Of a DNA stretch of 64,000 nt, positions 8,014 to 17,837 are shown piece after piece. The notes under the pieces were generated by a model. It saw nothing but the letters and a program-made list of their open reading frames with translations. It was not told where the DNA came from and searched no databases. The translations under genes were made by a program, and so were the position numbers. The stretch's first letter is position 1. The number at the start of each line of letters is the position of its first letter. The stretch lies in assembly GCF_964204645.1 (NCBI RefSeq), contig NW_027437451.1, positions 1-64,000 on the forward strand, written 5' to 3'. The stretch is from Tubulanus polymorphus (Eukaryota > Animalia > Nemertea).

Positions 8014-9576
8014 ATGATTCCTGCACTGACACTGACGAAGGCAACCTCGCCGAAATATCTGTCAATGGAGCGATCTACTCGAAAGAAGAAACGACCACCA
8101 GCTGAGAAGACCAGCAAGGGCGGAGGACGCCCTGAGCGACACCAGCAACCCGGGATGTCGCCGAAAAATTACTATAGAGCTCTTCAAGTGGCGCACCACC
8201 TTGCCCAGTTGAGCTCTGGTCCGAAAGCGATTCGGAGGAAGAAGGACCATCTGAAGATGTTCCTGCGGCCGGCGGCTTGCACCGAAGCAGTAACGGTGCA
8301 GCTGCACGCTGCCGCGGACGTCTGGATGGAGACAGTTTCGAAAGAGCTGACCATCCATTACGCTGCCACATTTGTTCAGCTAATGGGTGATCCTCTGCCG
8401 GACTGTCTATCAGCACAGGATGTCGCCCTGACATGGGCCCGGAGGAATTTCGGCTCCCGTCTGAGCCCCGGAACGATCCGGCTTTTCAACATCGCGCTGG
8501 ATTTGCGGTCGAAATTCCGCGGTCAGGCTCTGTCTGACAAACTCAGAAATGTCCTATCTAACCCACCTTCTTCCCCTTCTCATTTCAGGTCACACCACCA
8601 GGAGGCACCCACGGAGCCGAAGATTCGTCCGCCGCCGAGACCGAGCCGGAAGATTCGAAAGCCCGCGACGCCGAGGACGCCTGCACCAACCGCAGCCGCG
8701 CCCGCCGCGCCCACAGCGCCTCCTTCTTTTTCTGATTCCAGGTCACCGAGAAGCTACGCGGATGTCACCAGGACGCCACCAACCAGAATGGCGCCACCAC
8801 CGAGAAGCCCGATGCCGACGCCGCCGCCGCCGCCACCAAGAAGTCCGACGCCACCGAGAAGTCCGACGCCGCCGCCTCGAAACCCGACGCCGCCGCCGCC
8901 GCAGAGAACGCCGACCGCACCAACCAGCAGTCCGACGCCGTCTCTCTCTTCTTCTCTTTCCAGCTCTCCGTCTCATTACAGGTCACCAGGGCGCCTACTG
9001 CCAGCGCGAAGTCCGACGCCAACACCGAGACCGATGGCGCCCCAGGAAGTTCGCCGTCATCCGAAAACGGGTCGGAAGAAACAGGATTGGAGTCTGCCAC
9101 CAACCCGGCGACCCATTCTGGTGATTGGTGACTCAAATCTGAGTAACATCACATCAAGCCGCCGTCCGGATGACGTCCAGATCGAGAGCTTCCCCGGCTG
9201 CAAGATAGCTCATCTCGCCGACCTGATCGATGCTGTACCGGAGCGCCGAGATCGCCCGGATACGGTGATCATCAGCGTCGGAATCAACAACCGCGACAAC
9301 AACTTCGAAGCGACCGCCAAGAAGACCACACAGCGCCTGATCAACGCCGCAGTCAAGAAGTATCAGCACTCGTTCGTCCACTTCGTTCAACTCAACACGA
9401 CCCGCGAACACCAGCAGTTCGCCCGGAAGTTCAACGAATTCCTCGAGAATCACGACGACGTCACCGCGATACCACCCATCGATGATCGACGCTTCAGAGT
9501 TGTTGGAGACGGGATCCACTGGAACCGTGGTACAGCTAACACCCTGCTGGACCACTGGCTCAGTGGTTTAAACTAA
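8014..9576 (+). CDS. PLE ORF1 (Pro-rich + SGNH hydrolase), copy 3
   Basis: Translation identical to 2921-4483. Confidence 0.9.
   Translation: MIPALTLTKATSPKYLSMERSTRKKKRPPAEKTSKGGGRPERHQQPGMSPKNYYRALQVAHHLAQLSSGPKAIRRKKDHLKMFLRPAACTEAVTVQLHAAADVWMETVSKELTIHYAATFVQLMGDPLPDCLSAQDVALTWARRNFGSRLSPGTIRLFNIALDLRSKFRGQALSDKLRNVLSNPPSSPSHFRSHHQEAPTEPKIRPPPRPSRKIRKPATPRTPAPTAAAPAAPTAPPSFSDSRSPRSYADVTRTPPTRMAPPPRSPMPTPPPPPPRSPTPPRSPTPPPRNPTPPPPQRTPTAPTSSPTPSLSSSLSSSPSHYRSPGRLLPARSPTPTPRPMAPQEVRRHPKTGRKKQDWSLPPTRRPILVIGDSNLSNITSSRRPDDVQIESFPGCKIAHLADLIDAVPERRDRPDTVIISVGINNRDNNFEATAKKTTQRLINAAVKKYQHSFVHFVQLNTTREHQQFARKFNEFLENHDDVTAIPPIDDRRFRVVGDGIHWNRGTANTLLDHWLSGLN
8024..8067 (+). ncRNA. Minimal hammerhead ribozyme motif (copy 3)
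   Basis: Same sequence as 2931-2974. Confidence 0.85.
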
Positions 9577-9603
9577 GTATTAGTGAGACCAACGGGTCCA
9601 CTA
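9567..9603 (+). promoter_or_regulatory. Putative -1 frameshift signal (copy 3)
   Basis: TTTAAAC + hairpin as in copy 2. Confidence 0.8.
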
Positions 9604-9731
9604 TTGGTGAGTTAAATCAACCGGAATTAACCAATGCTTCTCTGATTTCTTCCATTTCCAGGTCCGACGAACACGAAGAACCGGCACCAAACCAAGCGCG
9701 ACGCGATCCGGTCACCGCTCTCGGGAGCCCG

Positions 9732-12032
9732 GTGGTCAACCTCACACGTTCACTCCGCCTAAGTCCGGCGCAACATCAGCTACTCCGAAAGGGCCTCACT
9801 TATTGCCCGACTCCAAAAATCGGTTCTGATGCCGCCGCGACCGAGCGCACCAAGGGAGTGTGCCGATTCAACCGGCTAGTGAAACTCGACCATCACTTCC
9901 GAGACAAACCGGACCGCGAGGCTCCGCGTTTCCGTCTGCCCAGCAGTTGGGCTCCGGATGAAATAGAACCAGTAATCGCCGGGTTCTGCAACGACGCGCA
10001 CGAATTGGCTCAACAAACCAGGGATACGCGTCGCGTAAATGATAACCTCACTAAACAGGAACGCGAAGCCCTCCAGCAGCTGCGTGACAACACTAATATT
10101 GTCATCAAAGCCGCCGATAAGGGTTCCGCTACGGTTATCATGGACCGCGACGACTACGTCCACGAAGCCATGCGCCAACTAGCCGATCTCGAGTATTATC
10201 AGCCGCTGCAGCAACCGATCTTCGAACAGACCGGGGAAGAAATTCGCGAAATCATCGAAAATATGGCTCGACGAAAAATCATCCCGCTAAAAACCGCCGA
10301 ATATCTATTACCGCCCGATAATCCGAAACAGAGGCAGTTCTATCTGCTTCCCAAAATCCATAAAGAACGCGAGAAGTGGACGGTACCCGATCGCGTACCG
10401 CCGGGGAGACCGATCGTCTCCGACTGCGGCTCCGAAACCTACGAAATTTCGGAATGGATCGACTACTATTTGCAGCCGATCGCCCGCGGTCACCCGTCGT
10501 ACGTCAAAGATACCAACCACTTTCTAGATATTTTGGCCGGTAAACAATTTAGCGCCGATGCGTTACTCGTCACCATGGACATCGATTCGCTCTACACCAA
10601 CATCCCCCACGAAGAGGGTATCGCCAGCATCCGACAAGCTCTCCGAGATAACCCAAACCCGGGACGCCCGGATGCCGAGCTGCTGAAACTACTCGAAATC
10701 AGCCTGAAGAAAAATGACTTTAACTTTAACGAAAACACATATTTACAGGTAAAAGGTACCGCAATGGGTAAGCGTTTTGCTCCTTCTTATGCCAATATCT
10801 TTGTAGCCGAATGGGAAAAAGAGGGTCTGTCCAGAAGCGAACTCCAACCATCGCTATACGCTCGGTTCATCGACGACATCTACATAGTTTGGGAACACGG
10901 CCGCGAAACGTTGATGCAATTCATCGACGTCCTACAAACAGTGAGCCGATCCATCAAACTCAAGTTCGAAATCAGCGACACCAGCGTCAACTTCCTGGAC
11001 GTAACCACTTTCAAAGGCCCGCGATTCGAGACAAGTGGCACAGTAGACACCAAAGTCTACTTCAAACCAACCGATTCGCATCAATTACTACATCGATCCT
11101 CGTTTCACCCTAAACACACATTTTCCGGTATAGTTAAAAGTCAAATTCTCCGGTTCCGGCGCATCTGCAATAACGATTCGGACTTACACGCAGCGTCCGG
11201 AACCGTCCTTAAAGTACTCAGAGGTCGTGGCTACAAAGACCGCGAACTGCGACACATCAAAAGCCAAGCTCTACGGCACCACGCCGAACGAGATCTACGA
11301 GAACAACAACGGGCCGACGAACCGCCGAAAAAGCGTTTACCGCTTATCTTACCTCACTCCGAAGCCAACCGAACCCTAGCCCGTAACATCCGAACCAGAT
11401 TTACGGAACTGGCTACGGCCACCGGCCGGTCTGACGAGGTAACCACGGTCACCGCCTACACCAAGCACAAGAGTCTCAAAGATCTCCTAACTTCGTCGCA
11501 GCTCAAACCCACGGAGCCACCCCCTCCCCGAGTCCCCTCTTCACCGCATCGTAACAGAAATACTTCCGTTGTTTCCAATTCTTCTATTTCCAGGTCTACT
11601 CAAAGAACTCCGTCAACCCGACGTCGAGGCACCGAGAAATGCAGAACACCGAGATGTCGTACGTGTCCACTCGTCCGAGAAACAACCGTTTGCCGCAGCC
11701 ACAACAAAATGCACGCGATCCGCAGCACAATTAATTGCGCGACCCGTGAAATTGTATACTGCATCGAATGCACCAAGTGCAACATGCTGTACGTCGGCCA
11801 AACCGGAATGTCTCTACGAGAACGCGTCACTCATCACGTCTCACGCATCAGAACGAAGAATTCGACTCCAGTCTCGGACCACTTCAACCAAGTCGACCAC
11901 ACCCGCGAACACTTTCGGGTGTACGGTCTCCAACACCTACCAGGCTCCACGAGACCGATCCGCGAAGCAGCCGAACAAGACTGGATACGACGACTCGACA
12001 CGAACACGCCCCGAGGCATGAACGTCCCGTAG
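9732..12032 (+). CDS. PLE ORF2 RT + GIY-YIG endonuclease, copy 3
   Basis: Translation identical to 4639-6939. Confidence 0.95.
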   Translation: MVNLTRSLRLSPAQHQLLRKGLTYCPTPKIGSDAAATERTKGVCRFNRLVKLDHHFRDKPDREAPRFRLPSSWAPDEIEPVIAGFCNDAHELAQQTRDTRRVNDNLTKQEREALQQLRDNTNIVIKAADKGSATVIMDRDDYVHEAMRQLADLEYYQPLQQPIFEQTGEEIREIIENMARRKIIPLKTAEYLLPPDNPKQRQFYLLPKIHKEREKWTVPDRVPPGRPIVSDCGSETYEISEWIDYYLQPIARGHPSYVKDTNHFLDILAGKQFSADALLVTMDIDSLYTNIPHEEGIASIRQALRDNPNPGRPDAELLKLLEISLKKNDFNFNENTYLQVKGTAMGKRFAPSYANIFVAEWEKEGLSRSELQPSLYARFIDDIYIVWEHGRETLMQFIDVLQTVSRSIKLKFEISDTSVNFLDVTTFKGPRFETSGTVDTKVYFKPTDSHQLLHRSSFHPKHTFSGIVKSQILRFRRICNNDSDLHAASGTVLKVLRGRGYKDRELRHIKSQALRHHAERDLREQQRADEPPKKRLPLILPHSEANRTLARNIRTRFTELATATGRSDEVTTVTAYTKHKSLKDLLTSSQLKPTEPPPPRVPSSPHRNRNTSVVSNSSISRSTQRTPSTRRRGTEKCRTPRCRTCPLVRETTVCRSHNKMHAIRSTINCATREIVYCIECTKCNMLYVGQTGMSLRERVTHHVSRIRTKNSTPVSDHFNQVDHTREHFRVYGLQHLPGSTRPIREAAEQDWIRRLDTNTPRGMNVP

Positions 12033-12146
12033 ACCGCCTCACTACAACAATTAACTCTCACTACTTTTTTACAGGGATAACCCGCTGCCCGTGCACTAGT
12101 GGGGTCTCCAAACCTTCGGTTTGGTCCCCTAACCTCTATCTCTAAA

Positions 12147-12166
12147 CCTAACCCTAACCCTAACCC
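12147..12166 (+). repeat. Telomeric repeat tract between PLE copy 3 and the SINE-like dimer
   Basis: CCTAA(CCCTAA)2CCC, 20 bp. Confidence 0.95.
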
Positions 12167-12491
12167 GAGGTCACAGGAAATGACAGTCGTCGGTCTGCCC
12201 AGGTAGCTCAACTGGTAGAGCAGTCGTCCGGCAAACGAAAGGTCCGTGGTTCGAGTCCCGGTCTAGGTGGTGGACTGTGCTTTTCCCGATGCCCCTAACT
12301 CTAATGCCTTCCGACAGGTGGGAGTTAGCCTGATTTCCCGCTGCCCGTGCTCTAGTGGGGAACTGAAAAAGAAATTAATTAATACATCTCGATTAACAGT
12401 CTCGGGGGTTAATCTGAAGAACACACTTGTCATATAATTAATATTCAAATTCAAAAATTGGTTCCCCTAACCTCTATCTCTATACCTAACC
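12167..12491 (+). mobile_element. tRNA-headed SINE-like non-autonomous element, copy 1 (lacks the first ~28 nt of copy 2)
   Basis: tRNA-like head with A/B boxes; 3' motifs shared with the PLE 3' end; repeated at +353. Confidence 0.85.
12197..12269 (+). tRNA. tRNA-like sequence (anticodon GGC, Ala-like), probably a SINE head / pseudo-tRNA
   Basis: GCCCAGG TA GCTC AACTGGTA GAGC A GTCGT CCGGCAA ACGAA AGGTC CGTGG TTCGAGT CCCGG TCTAGGT G; 73 nt; A box 12204-12215, B box 12248-12258; mismatches in acceptor, anticodon and T stems. Confidence 0.8.
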
Positions 12492-12844
12492 TCAGCCTGT
12501 GCCAGGAATGAAGGAATGCGAGGTCACAGGAAATGACAGTCGTCGGTCTGCCCAGGTAGCTCAACTGGTAGAGCAGTCGTCCGGCAAACGAAAGGTCCGT
12601 GGTTCGAGTCCCGGTCTAGGTGGTGGACTGTGCTTTTCCCGATGCCCCTAACTCTAATGCCTTCCGACAGGTGGGAGTTAGCCTGATTTCCCGCTGCCCG
12701 TGCTCTAGTGGGGAACTGAAAAAGAAATTAATTAATACATCTCGATTAACAGTCTCGGGGGTTAATCTGAAGAACACACTTGTCATATAATTAATATTCA
12801 AATTCAAAAATTGGTTCCCCTAACCTCTATCTCTATACCTAACC
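12492..12844 (+). mobile_element. tRNA-headed SINE-like non-autonomous element, copy 2 (353 bp)
   Basis: Matches copy 1 from 12520; 58-nt segment before the tRNA head; ends in CCTAACC running into the telomeric tract. Confidence 0.85.
12550..12622 (+). tRNA. tRNA-like sequence (SINE head), copy 2
   Basis: Same as 12197-12269. Confidence 0.8.
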
Positions 12845-12893
12845 CTAACCCTAACCCTAACCCTAAACCTAACCCTAACCCTAACCCTAACCC
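12838..12893 (+). repeat. Telomeric repeat tract (56 bp) with one ACCTAA variant
   Basis: CCTAA(CCCTAA)4 ACCTAA (CCCTAA)3 CCC. Confidence 0.97.
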
Positions 12894-13821
12894 GGATTAA
12901 AGAAGAGATCATAGTGTTTTTGAACCACTCAAACTACGCAAGCTTAAACCGATTTACTGAATACCCGCGCTCCGGTCTGAATATATTTGTCACATGTTCA
13001 AGTTCACATAGCTTTACTCGATCCTAATAACTCTAAATAAGCGTAGTTTATCTAATAGAATTATATTTAAGAACTTAGAATTAAAACAGACGTATTAGTA
13101 AGACATTTCTATCAAAACTCGTCACCCATAATTAGGGCTAATTAACCACCCGCGCTCACTCAGTAATTTAGATCTTACGGGTTATAACTTCCTACTAAAT
13201 CGCCGACGCCGCGCTGTCTAATTCATCCAATTTTCGGTAGAATACCGCGTAGATATTTCAAGATCCGCTCTTAAAATCTTTAGAATACGGAGAAAACTTG
13301 ATTAACTAGGAACCGGATTTCACCATTTACGACTATTTAGTAAACACGCGTATATCGGAATACGCCCCGGCCGCGCACCGCTAATTAACGCGTCTAAACT
13401 AATTAGGAATTAAGCAATTTTGAAACTGAACTCGGACATATTTCGAACATTCCGGTTCACGTATATTAATAATACATATTCTAGATTTCTCTTTATAGAA
13501 AACACTTTGAGTATTTATTAGGTTATATCGAAATAAACTTTTCAATTCTATATTAGACACGCCGTTCTTTAGATCTCTAGAACTATACATCAAAGCAAAC
13601 TATTCAACAGCTAGATCAAGGGCCATAATTAGTGCTGTTTTCTAGTCACTCTGGATCAAAGGCATAATTAGTCAGACCCCTAGTTTGTCTATTAGCTTGA
13701 TCACAGAAGTACAATTAGTCTAGATCACAAGGTCTCATATGGTCACTTAACTTCTAACTCGAATACTGTTCACTTGTTGCGCGCTGCGTGTATAAAAACC
13801 CGTGTCTAATCCTAGTTCAGC

Positions 13822-15381
13822 ATGATTCCTGCACTGACACTGACGAAGGCAACCTCGCCGAAATATCTGTCAATGGAGCGATCTACTCGAAAGAAGAAAC
13901 GACCACCAGCTGAGAAGACCAGCAAGGGCGGAGGACGCCCTGAGCGACACCAGCAACCCGGGATGTCGCCGAAAAATTACTATAGAGCTCTTCAAGTGGC
14001 GCACCACCTTGCCCAGTTGAGCTCTGGTCCGAAAGCGATTCGGAGGAAGAAGGACCATCTGAAGATGTTCCTGCGGCCGGCGGCTTGCACCGAAGCAGTA
14101 ACGGTGCAGCTGCACGCTGCCGCGGACGTCTGGATGGAGACAGTTTCGAAAGAGCTGACCATCCATTACGCTGCCACATTTGTTCAGCTAATGGGTGATC
14201 CTCTGCCGGACTGTCTATCAGCACAGGATGTCGCCCTGACATGGGCCCGGAGGAATTTCGGCTCCCGTCTGAGCCCCGGAACGATCCGGCTTTTCAACAT
14301 CGCGCTGGATTTGCGGTCGAAATTCCGCGGTCAGGCTCTGTCTGACAAACTCAGAAATGTCCTATCTAACCCACCTTCTTCCCCTTCTCATTTCAGGTCA
14401 CACCACCAGGAGGCACCCACGGAACCGAAGATTCGTCCGCCGCCGAGACCGAGCCGGAAGATTCGAAAGCCCGCGACGCCGAGGACGCCTGCACCAACCG
14501 CAGCCGCGCCCGCCGCGCCCACAGCGCCTCCATCTTTTTCTGATTCCAGGTCACCGAGAAGCTACGCGGATGTCACCAGGACGCCACCAACCAGAATGGC
14601 GCCACCACCGAGAAGTCCGATGCCGACGCCGCCGCCGCCACCAAGAAGTCCGACGCCACCGAGAAGTCCGACGCCGCCGCCTCGAAACCCGACGCCGCCG
14701 CCGCCGCAGAGAACGCCGACCGCACCAACCAGCAGTCCGACGCCGTCTCTCTCTTCTTCTCTTTCCAGCTCTCCGTCTCATTACAGGTCACCAGGGCGCC
14801 TACTGCCAGCGCGAAGTCCGACGCCAACACCGAGACCGATGGCGCCCCAGGAAGTTCGCCGTCATCCGAATACGGGTCGGAAGAAACAGGATTGGAGTCT
14901 GCCACCAACCCGGCGACCCATTCTGGTGATTGGTGACTCAAATCTGAGTAACATCACATCAAGCCGCCGTCCGGATGACGTCCAGATCGAGAGCTTCCCC
15001 GGCTGCAAGATAGCTCATCTCGCCGACCTGATCGATGCTGTACCGGAGCGCCGAGATCGCCCGGATACGGTGATCATCAGCGTCGGAATCAACAACCGCG
15101 ACAACAACTTCGAAGCGACCGCCAGGAAGACCACACAGCGCCTGATCAACGCCGCAGTCAAGAAGTATCAGCACTCGTTCGTCCACTTCGTTCAACTCAA
15201 CACGACCCGCGAACACCAGCAGTTCGCCCGGAAGTTCAACGAATACCTCGAGAATCACGACGACGTCACCGCGATACCACCCATCGATGATCGACGCTTC
15301 AGAGTTGTTGGAGACGGGATCCACTGGAACCGTGGTACAGCTAACACCCTGCTGGACCACTGGCTCAGTGGTTTAAACTAA
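13822..15381 (+). CDS. PLE ORF1 (Pro-rich + SGNH hydrolase), copy 4
   Basis: 519 aa; one Pro fewer and K>N, K>R, F>Y versus copy 2; catalytic motifs intact. Confidence 0.9.
   Translation: MIPALTLTKATSPKYLSMERSTRKKKRPPAEKTSKGGGRPERHQQPGMSPKNYYRALQVAHHLAQLSSGPKAIRRKKDHLKMFLRPAACTEAVTVQLHAAADVWMETVSKELTIHYAATFVQLMGDPLPDCLSAQDVALTWARRNFGSRLSPGTIRLFNIALDLRSKFRGQALSDKLRNVLSNPPSSPSHFRSHHQEAPTEPKIRPPPRPSRKIRKPATPRTPAPTAAAPAAPTAPPSFSDSRSPRSYADVTRTPPTRMAPPPRSPMPTPPPPPRSPTPPRSPTPPPRNPTPPPPQRTPTAPTSSPTPSLSSSLSSSPSHYRSPGRLLPARSPTPTPRPMAPQEVRRHPNTGRKKQDWSLPPTRRPILVIGDSNLSNITSSRRPDDVQIESFPGCKIAHLADLIDAVPERRDRPDTVIISVGINNRDNNFEATARKTTQRLINAAVKKYQHSFVHFVQLNTTREHQQFARKFNEYLENHDDVTAIPPIDDRRFRVVGDGIHWNRGTANTLLDHWLSGLN
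13832..13875 (+). ncRNA. Minimal hammerhead ribozyme motif (copy 4)
   Basis: Same sequence as 2931-2974. Confidence 0.85.
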
Positions 15382-15408
15382 GTATTAGTGAGACCAACGG
15401 GTCCACTA
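15372..15408 (+). promoter_or_regulatory. Putative -1 frameshift signal (copy 4)
   Basis: TTTAAAC + hairpin unchanged. Confidence 0.8.
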
Positions 15409-15431
15409 TTGGTGAGTTAAATCAACCGGAA

Positions 15432-17837
15432 TTGACCAATGCTTCTCTGATTTCTTCCATTTCCAGGTCCGACGAACACGAAGAACCGGCACCAAACCAA
15501 GCGCGACGCGATCCGGTCACCGCTCTCGGGAGCCCGGTGGTCAACCTCACACGTTCACTCCGCCTAAGTCCGGCGCAACATCAGCTACTCCGAAAGGGCC
15601 TCACTTATTGCCCGACTCCAAAAATCGGTTCTGATGCCGCCGCGACCGAGCGCACCAAGGGAGTGTGCCGATTCAACCGGCTAGTGAAACTCGACCATCA
15701 CTTCCGAGACAAACCGGACCGCGAGGCTCCGCGTTTCCGTCTGCCCAGCAGTTGGGCTCCGGATGAAATAGAACCAGTAATCGCCGGGTTCTGCAACGAC
15801 GCGCACGAATTGGCTCAACAAACCAGGGATACGCGTCGCGTAAATGATAACCTCACTAAACAGGAACGCGAAGCCCTCCAGCAGCTGCGTGACAACACTA
15901 ATATTGTCATCAAAGCCGCCGATAAGGGTTCCGCTACGGTTATCATGGACCGCGACGACTACGTCCACGAAGCCATGCGCCAACTAGCCGATCTCGAGTA
16001 TTATCAGCCGCTGCAGCAACCGATCTTCGAACAGACCGGGGAAGAAATTCGCGAAATCATCGAAAATATGGCTCGACGAAAAATCATCCCGCTAAAAACC
16101 GCCGAATATCTATTACCGCCCGATAATCCGAAACAGAGGCAGTTCTATCTGCTTCCCAAAATCCATAAAGAACGCGAGAAGTGGACGGTACCCGATCGCG
16201 TACCGCCGGGGAGACCGATCGTCTCCGACTGCGGCTCCGAAACCTACGAAATTTCGGAATGGATCGACTACTATTTGCAGCCGATCGCCCGCGGTCACCC
16301 GTCGTACGTCAAAGATACCAACCACTTTCTAGATATTTTGGCCGGTAAACAATTTAGCGCCGATGCGTTACTCGTCACCATGGACATCGATTCGCTCTAC
16401 ACCAACATCCCCCACGAAGAGGGTATCGCCAGCATCCGACAAGCTCTCCGAGATAACCCGAACCCGGGACGCCCGGATGCCGAGCTGCTGAAACTACTCG
16501 AAATCAGCCTGAAGAAAAATGACTTTAACTTTAACGAAAACACATATTTACAGGTAAAAGGTACCGCAATGGGTAAGCGTTTTGCTCCTTCTTATGCCAA
16601 TATCTTTGTAGCCGAATGGGAAAAAGAAGGTCTGTCCAGAAGCGAACTCCAACCATCGCTATACGCTCGGTTCATCGACGACATCTACATAGTTTGGGAA
16701 CACGGCCGCGAAACGTTGATGCAATTCATCGACGTCCTACAAACAGTGAGCCGATCCATCAAACTTAAATTCGAAATCAGCGACACCAGCGTCAACTTCC
16801 TGGACGTAACCACTTTCAAAGGCCCGCGATTCGAGACAAGTGGCACAGTAGACACCAAAGTCTACTTCAAACCAACCGATTCGCATCAATTACTACATCG
16901 ATCCTCGTTTCACCCTAAACACACATTTTCCGGTATAGTTAAAAGTCAAATTCTCCGGTTCCGGCGCATCTGCAATAACGATTCGGACTTACACGCAGCG
17001 TCCGGAACCGTCCTTAAAGTACTCAGAGGTCGTGGCTACAAAGACCGCGTACTGCGACACATCAAAAGCCAAGCTCTACGGCACCACGCCGAACGAGATC
17101 TACGAGAACAACAACGGGCCGACGAACCGCCGAAAAAGCGTTTACCGCTTATCTTACCTCACTCCGAAGCCAACCGAACCCTAGCCCGTAACATCCGAAC
17201 CAGATTTACGGAACTGGCTACGGCCACCGGCCGGTCTGACGAGGTAACCACGGTCACCGCCTACACCAAGCACAAGAGTCTCAAAGATCTCCTAACTTCG
17301 TCGCAGCTCAAACCCACGGAGCCACCCCCTCCCCGAGTCCCCTCTTCACCGCATCGTAACAGAAATACTTCCGTTGTTTCCAATTCTTCTATTTCCAGGT
17401 CTACTCAAAGAACTCCGTCAACCCGACGTCGAGGCACCGAGAAATGCAGAACACCGAGATGTCGTACGTGTCCACTCGTCCGAGAAACAACCGTTTGCCG
17501 CAGCCACAACAAAATGCACGCGATCCGCAGCACAATTAATTGCGCGACCCGTGAAATTGTATACTGCATCGAATGCACCAAGTGCAACATGCTGTACGTC
17601 GGCCAAACCGGAATGTCTCTACGAGAACGCGTCACTCATCACGTCTCACGCATCAGAACGAAGAATTCGACTCCAGTCTCGGACCACTTCAACCAAGTCG
17701 ACCACACCCGCGAACACTTTCGGGTGTACGGTCTCCAACACCTACCAGGCTCCACGAGACCGATCCGCGAAGCAGCCGAACAAGACTGGATACGACGACT
17801 CGACACGAACACGCCCCGAGGCATGAACGTCCCGTAG
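15432..17837 (+). CDS. PLE ORF2 RT + GIY-YIG endonuclease, copy 4
   Basis: Same motifs; DRELR>DRVLR; the track's TTG start arises from a TTA>TTG substitution. Confidence 0.95.
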   Translation: MTNASLISSISRSDEHEEPAPNQARRDPVTALGSPVVNLTRSLRLSPAQHQLLRKGLTYCPTPKIGSDAAATERTKGVCRFNRLVKLDHHFRDKPDREAPRFRLPSSWAPDEIEPVIAGFCNDAHELAQQTRDTRRVNDNLTKQEREALQQLRDNTNIVIKAADKGSATVIMDRDDYVHEAMRQLADLEYYQPLQQPIFEQTGEEIREIIENMARRKIIPLKTAEYLLPPDNPKQRQFYLLPKIHKEREKWTVPDRVPPGRPIVSDCGSETYEISEWIDYYLQPIARGHPSYVKDTNHFLDILAGKQFSADALLVTMDIDSLYTNIPHEEGIASIRQALRDNPNPGRPDAELLKLLEISLKKNDFNFNENTYLQVKGTAMGKRFAPSYANIFVAEWEKEGLSRSELQPSLYARFIDDIYIVWEHGRETLMQFIDVLQTVSRSIKLKFEISDTSVNFLDVTTFKGPRFETSGTVDTKVYFKPTDSHQLLHRSSFHPKHTFSGIVKSQILRFRRICNNDSDLHAASGTVLKVLRGRGYKDRVLRHIKSQALRHHAERDLREQQRADEPPKKRLPLILPHSEANRTLARNIRTRFTELATATGRSDEVTTVTAYTKHKSLKDLLTSSQLKPTEPPPPRVPSSPHRNRNTSVVSNSSISRSTQRTPSTRRRGTEKCRTPRCRTCPLVRETTVCRSHNKMHAIRSTINCATREIVYCIECTKCNMLYVGQTGMSLRERVTHHVSRIRTKNSTPVSDHFNQVDHTREHFRVYGLQHLPGSTRPIREAAEQDWIRRLDTNTPRGMNVP

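Larger units (their letters stand above)
7086..12146 (+). mobile_element. Penelope-like retroelement copy 3 (full unit)
   Basis: All ORF translations identical to copy 2 at offset 5093. Confidence 0.95.

Noticed and set aside
12197-12269. Functional tRNA-Ala gene
   Set aside because: C33, GGC anticodon, stem mismatches and its embedding in a mobile unit point to a tRNA-derived head.
12492-12549. Self-cleaving ribozyme in the SINE leader
   Set aside because: No CUGANGA hammerhead core on either strand and no other ribozyme consensus that I could recognise by eye; an Infernal/Rfam scan would settle it.
12263-12807. 63-aa minus-strand ORFs in the 353-bp repeat
   Set aside because: Non-ATG start, antisense to a structured tRNA-derived element, no recognisable protein features.
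15432-15537. Longer N-terminus unique to copy 4 ORF2
   Set aside because: Caused by a TTA>TTG change read as an alternative start; the frame is equally open in the other copies.
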